Source: Fastidiosibacter lacustris (GTDB taxonomy: Bacteria > Pseudomonadota > Gammaproteobacteria > Francisellales > Francisellaceae). From it: a stretch of 32,000 nucleotides of DNA. Below the pieces are notes generated by a model that had not been told where the DNA came from, searched no databases, and worked only from the letters and a program-made list of their open reading frames with translations. Within the stretch, counting starts at the first letter, position 1. Each line of letters starts with the position of its first letter. Location of the stretch: positions 116,549 through 148,548 of the forward strand of contig NZ_QLIR01000003.1 in NCBI RefSeq assembly GCF_003428155.1, read 5' to 3'. This document shows positions 28,597 through 32,000 of this stretch, one piece after another. Both the position numbers and the translations under genes were made by a program.

Positions 28597-28908
28597 TTAA
28601 CCTTGAATTGCTGTAATTTTAACCGCCGTGAAATATTGGCGATGACCTTGATGCTTCATGCTGTGCTTACGGCGACGAAACTTAATAATTTGTACTTTCT
28701 TATGACGACCTTGCTCAATAATTTCAGCAACGACTTTGGCACCCTGAACAACTGGATTACCTACTTTGATTTCATCACCATTTTGTAACATTAGTACATC
28801 AGTGAATTCAACCATTTCACCAACGCCTTTTTCAATTTTTTCTAGCTTAAGCACAGCACCTTCTTTAGCTTTGTGCTGTTTACCGCCACTTTTAATAATT
28901 GCGAACAT
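28597..28908 (-). CDS. rplU: 50S ribosomal protein L21
   Basis: MFAIIKSGGKQHKAKEG... and IIKFRRRKHSMKHQGHRQ; upstream partner of rpmA. Confidence 0.97.
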   Translation of the reverse strand: MFAIIKSGGKQHKAKEGAVLKLEKIEKGVGEMVEFTDVLMLQNGDEIKVGNPVVQGAKVVAEIIEQGRHKKVQIIKFRRRKHSMKHQGHRQYFTAVKITAIQG

Positions 28909-28997
28909 ATTATTCTCCGATTACTCAAGCTGGTTTTTCACCGCTTGACTTTTTGTTATTTTTTAAAATAAAGCTTTATAAAAAAGCGTTGGGATTT

Positions 28998-29076
28998 TAG
29001 TGTTTTTAGAGCTAAATAGCAAGAGCCAAATTCAAGTATACCTTTAAAAAATACTTTATTTGGCTCAAAAACACTA
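28998..29076. repeat. Nested imperfect inverted repeat between the helicase-PLD 3' end and the rplU upstream region
   Basis: The outer arms are TAGTGTTTTTAGAGC (28998-29012) and GCTCAAAAACACTA (29063-29076). The inner arms are GAGCCAAAT (29023-29031) and ATTTGGCTC (29058-29066), with a further AAGTA/TACTT pair inside. Confidence 0.5.
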
Positions 29077-29129
29077 AGCTATACTGCATACATGAAATAG
29101 CTAACACAAATTTTAGGACATTTAGATCA

Positions 29130-31775
29130 CTAAACGAGCTCCTCTGGGATTTTGATATTCACTATTCTGTTTTCAAGCTCCTGTTTCAATAACACAATTT
29201 CATTTTTTAACTTGCTTCCCGTATAAACCAAGGAATGTTCAAGATTCTGATAGTGAGGCTCTCTAGCGGCGCTAAACCAATTGAAGGAGCCAACACAGTA
29301 GATCATATCATCACAAATCAAAAGCTTACTATGCATTCTACGAATACATTTCACTCCAATGCCAAGGCTTTCTAAGTGTGCCTTATCTTTCAAAAACCGC
29401 TGTTGATATTCATTGCTGATATTGTTTGGATCGGTGTAGATATTGATTTTTACACCACGTTTAACACACTCGATCATAATAGCGTAGGCATTAATAGCTT
29501 GAATTTTTCTTAATTGCATCCAAGGAGAAAAAATATGAACTTCAAACTTTGCCTGACATAAGGTCTTTAACAAGAAATCATCGTGTTCTTTTGCGTTTTC
29601 TATCAAATAAGGATTCGTTTGACTGGTTCTTAAATCGCTTCTTACAAGCCCCTTCAGCTTTGAAAAATAAATTTGCTGGTGTGCGTGCCTAAACAAATAG
29701 TGAGCTAATTTCCCTCTTGGAGTAAACGTATCTGGATTGAACAAATCCATATCACCAAACACGAAAAAGCCATCCTTTGCTCTTGATACCGCAACATTTA
29801 ACATACTTGGGCTCTCATCAATAAACTTTCCATCTGCATGCTTGGAATAAACACTAGAGAAGATAACGATTTCCTTCTCTGCCCCTTGAAGCGAGTGGAT
29901 AGTATCTACAATGATGCCATGACTTTTTTCATTTTTCCCTTCTTCCTTTACTTTTATCTCATATCGAGTGCATGCTTGTTTTAATGCTGCCACTTGAACA
30001 GAAAATGGAGTGATCACAGCAAGCACTGCACCCAAGCCCCCTTCTTGATATTTCGTTGGATATCTTTCTTTGATGAGCTCTTGATTGTCATTTATCCAGG
30101 CGGCAATCGTTTCTGCCTCAAGTAAGTTATAACGACTCCCTCCGCTATCTTGCTCACACCTCCCATCAATATGTAAGTATCTTAATCCTGATAAGTTATC
30201 CTCTGGAGCATTTCCACGCAATGCTGCAAGCTTCCAGTCATAGCATAAATCGTTACAGTACTCGATAATTTCATTATAACAACGGCGGTGTTCATACAGA
30301 TACATACCACGTTCCATACCTGAACTATAGTGATATTTGCTTGCATGTTGTGCGATCATCATAGCACTACCCATTGCAGAGCTTATCCCCAGTTCCTGAA
30401 GCTCTCTGTATTTCTCATCGCTGTTTTCGCCCTTTTGGATAACACCAGATTCAATCAAATTACCAATATCAATATGAGCAGAGGTTGACCATATAGGCTC
30501 TAGCTGACGGGTATCCCCGATCACTAAGGCTTTTTTAGCCAGTGTAAATGCAGCACCCGCAACCTCAGGCAAAACCTGACCTGCTTCATCCACAATCAAT
30601 AAGTCTATCATATTATATAGATACAGATTGGGAGCGTCTTGCCCAGAGTTATTGTGTTCTTTTCCTCGTAGAAACGTTGGAAGCATAAAGCATGTTGAGA
30701 CTGCACAAGGCGTTAGTTTCATTCTACGGCGCCAATCTTCCATAATCTGAGTCTTGCTTTTCTCGTCATCTTTAGTAATTCCATATAATTTTTGACGTTT
30801 AAGATAAGCTTCCATATCTTGTAACCAACGCCCTTCCCAATAATGGGAAGTCAATAAGAAAATTTTGAAGCGAATTTTAGTATCAGCCAGTTCATCAATT
30901 TCCACGATAAACTTTGAAGCAAGCTCTTTAGCGACACCCAGAACTTGAAGGGCAGTCAGATAATTCTGCCATGCGGTTGAAAGCTGGTTTACTTTATCAT
31001 CAACAAATTCTTTCAACTTAGTTAATGACGTAAAATCATCAAACACACCAAAAGCATAACCATTTTCCTTTACCAATCGTTCAATAGATTTTTGTTTTAC
31101 TCTCTTAACAGTAGGTAAAAAATCTACCAACTTATTCCATATGGATTGCTCCGCTAGCTTCTGAGATATTTTCCCTTGAAATTATCCTAATCGACGCTCA
31201 AGCTCTTCATATATGACTTTGGGAATATCAGACTTAGTATCTTTCCGCGTTTCCAATTCAGTTTCAATGGCAATAAAATCACGCCATGCCTGTTCAATCT
31301 GTTTTAACTTCTCCACTTCGGTTTGAAGGGCTCGCTTTAATAAAGTGATGCTCTCATCAATCCCAATCTTATCTTGCTTTTTGAAAGCTTTGTTTGCATG
31401 CTCTAGATAATTACTCTTCGCTTTTTCAAAGTAGCCTGCATTCTCTCTTTCTTTGAAGAACAATTGTGTTTGGTGCGGGCTCTTGTCCTTTATTGTGCTT
31501 CTGGCCATATATATGCCAAAACCATCCCTTTTATTGTCTTTGAAATCGGAAAACCATCTCCCTGAAAATGCTCCAGTGCCTACTGAAAAGTCTCTGCCAA
31601 ATGACTCAAGGATATTGGTCACCGCTTGATTGTTTGACGAGCAAGCCATAATTAAGGGGGGCTCTTCGCCTTTAAGTGCAGCTTCTGCCCAGAGGGTTGC
31701 GACTACCGAAAGCAAAAGCGTTGTCTTTCCTGTGCCAGGAGGTCCATTGACTGCAAGAATATCTCCTGTTGAAGT
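29130..31775 (-). pseudogene. Disrupted SF1 (UPF1/DNA2-like, COG1112-type) helicase fused to a C-terminal single-HKD phospholipase-D-family nuclease domain: 5'-truncated, with one in-frame TAA
   Basis: Walker A GPPGTGKTT (31719-31745), motif II LIVDEAGQ (DEAGQ = 30576-30590), motif III VIGDTRQLEPI, motif V TIHSLQGAEKEIVIFSSV, motif VI LNVAVSRAKDGFFVFGD. PLD motif HSKLLICDD...GSFN (29280-29333). The two track ORFs (31182-31715 and 29130-31130) are in the same frame and are separated only by the TAA at 31182-31184. The frame is closed by TAA at 31776-31778, nine codons before Walker A, and no ATG lies in between. Confidence 0.75.
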
Positions 31776-31849
31776 TTAGGAGTATAGATGGATTCTGAGC
31801 TAAAATAGCATATCCAGTGTACTAGATATAATGACTCTTTAACATTAAT

Positions 31850-32000
31850 TTACCTTTCCAATTTTAGCAATTGCTGCTTACAAGCAATACCGCCAGCATA
31901 ACCACCAATTTTTCCGTCTGCTTTAATCACTCGGTGACACGGCACGATAATACATATCGGGTTTTTAGCATTTGCAGTTCCTACTGCACGGACAGCTTTT
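31850..32000 (-). CDS. ogt: Methylated-DNA-protein-cysteine methyltransferase (O6-alkylguanine-DNA alkyltransferase), C-terminal part; the N-terminus is beyond the window
   Basis: Not in the ORF track because it runs off the edge. The minus-strand translation ...[49 protein letters not shown] contains the diagnostic active-site PCHRV motif. The stop is TAA at 31850-31852. Confidence 0.8.
   Translation of the reverse strand, partial: KAVRAVGTANAKNPICIIVPCHRVIKADGKIGGYAGGIACKQQLLKLER

Noticed and set aside
1-32000. I scanned for CRISPR arrays, IS elements/transposases, integrases, rRNA, and long direct or tandem repeats.
   Set aside because: I saw no regularly spaced repeats, no transposase- or integrase-like ORFs in the six-frame track, and no rRNA-like GC-rich blocks. 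Any GC-skew or codon-usage claim would need computation that I cannot perform here.

Overview
AT-rich chromosomal segment, roughly mid-30s % GC from hand counts of a few lines. Gene content and protein sequences look gammaproteobacterial, possibly Legionellales/Coxiellaceae-like, but I cannot name the organism. It is densely packed, and all genes except four lie on the minus strand. Most of it is housekeeping: nnr (3' end cut by the window), a UPF0149/YecA-like protein, an AzgA-type purine permease, a 1625-aa NAD-glutamate dehydrogenase, two PilV/PilW-like minor pilins, an FAH-family hydrolase, erpA, pnp, rpsO, pyrE, tldD, yciO, yciB, the cdsA-uppS-frr-pyrH-tsf-rpsB block, a TyrP/Mtr-type permease, rsmE, rpmA-rplU and the 3' end of ogt. 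I found no rRNA, tRNA, CRISPR array, IS element or integrase. I do not see an intact, clearly novel multi-gene system. The non-core items worth a second look are: (1) a UPF1/DNA2-like SF1 helicase fused to a single-HKD PLD nuclease, an architecture like single-gene (type II) Mokosh defence. It is 5'-truncated and broken by one in-frame TAA between rplU and ogt. (2) An in-frame fusion of an MTAP-like nucleoside phosphorylase domain to an HSL-family esterase with an intact catalytic triad. (3) A truncated beta-class DNA methyltransferase remnant between yciB and cdsA. (4) An orphan HmuV-like ABC ATPase divergent from an ArsR-family regulator, with two perfect palindromes in the shared promoter region. 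All functional calls come from reading the translated ORFs and motifs by eye. No database search was run.
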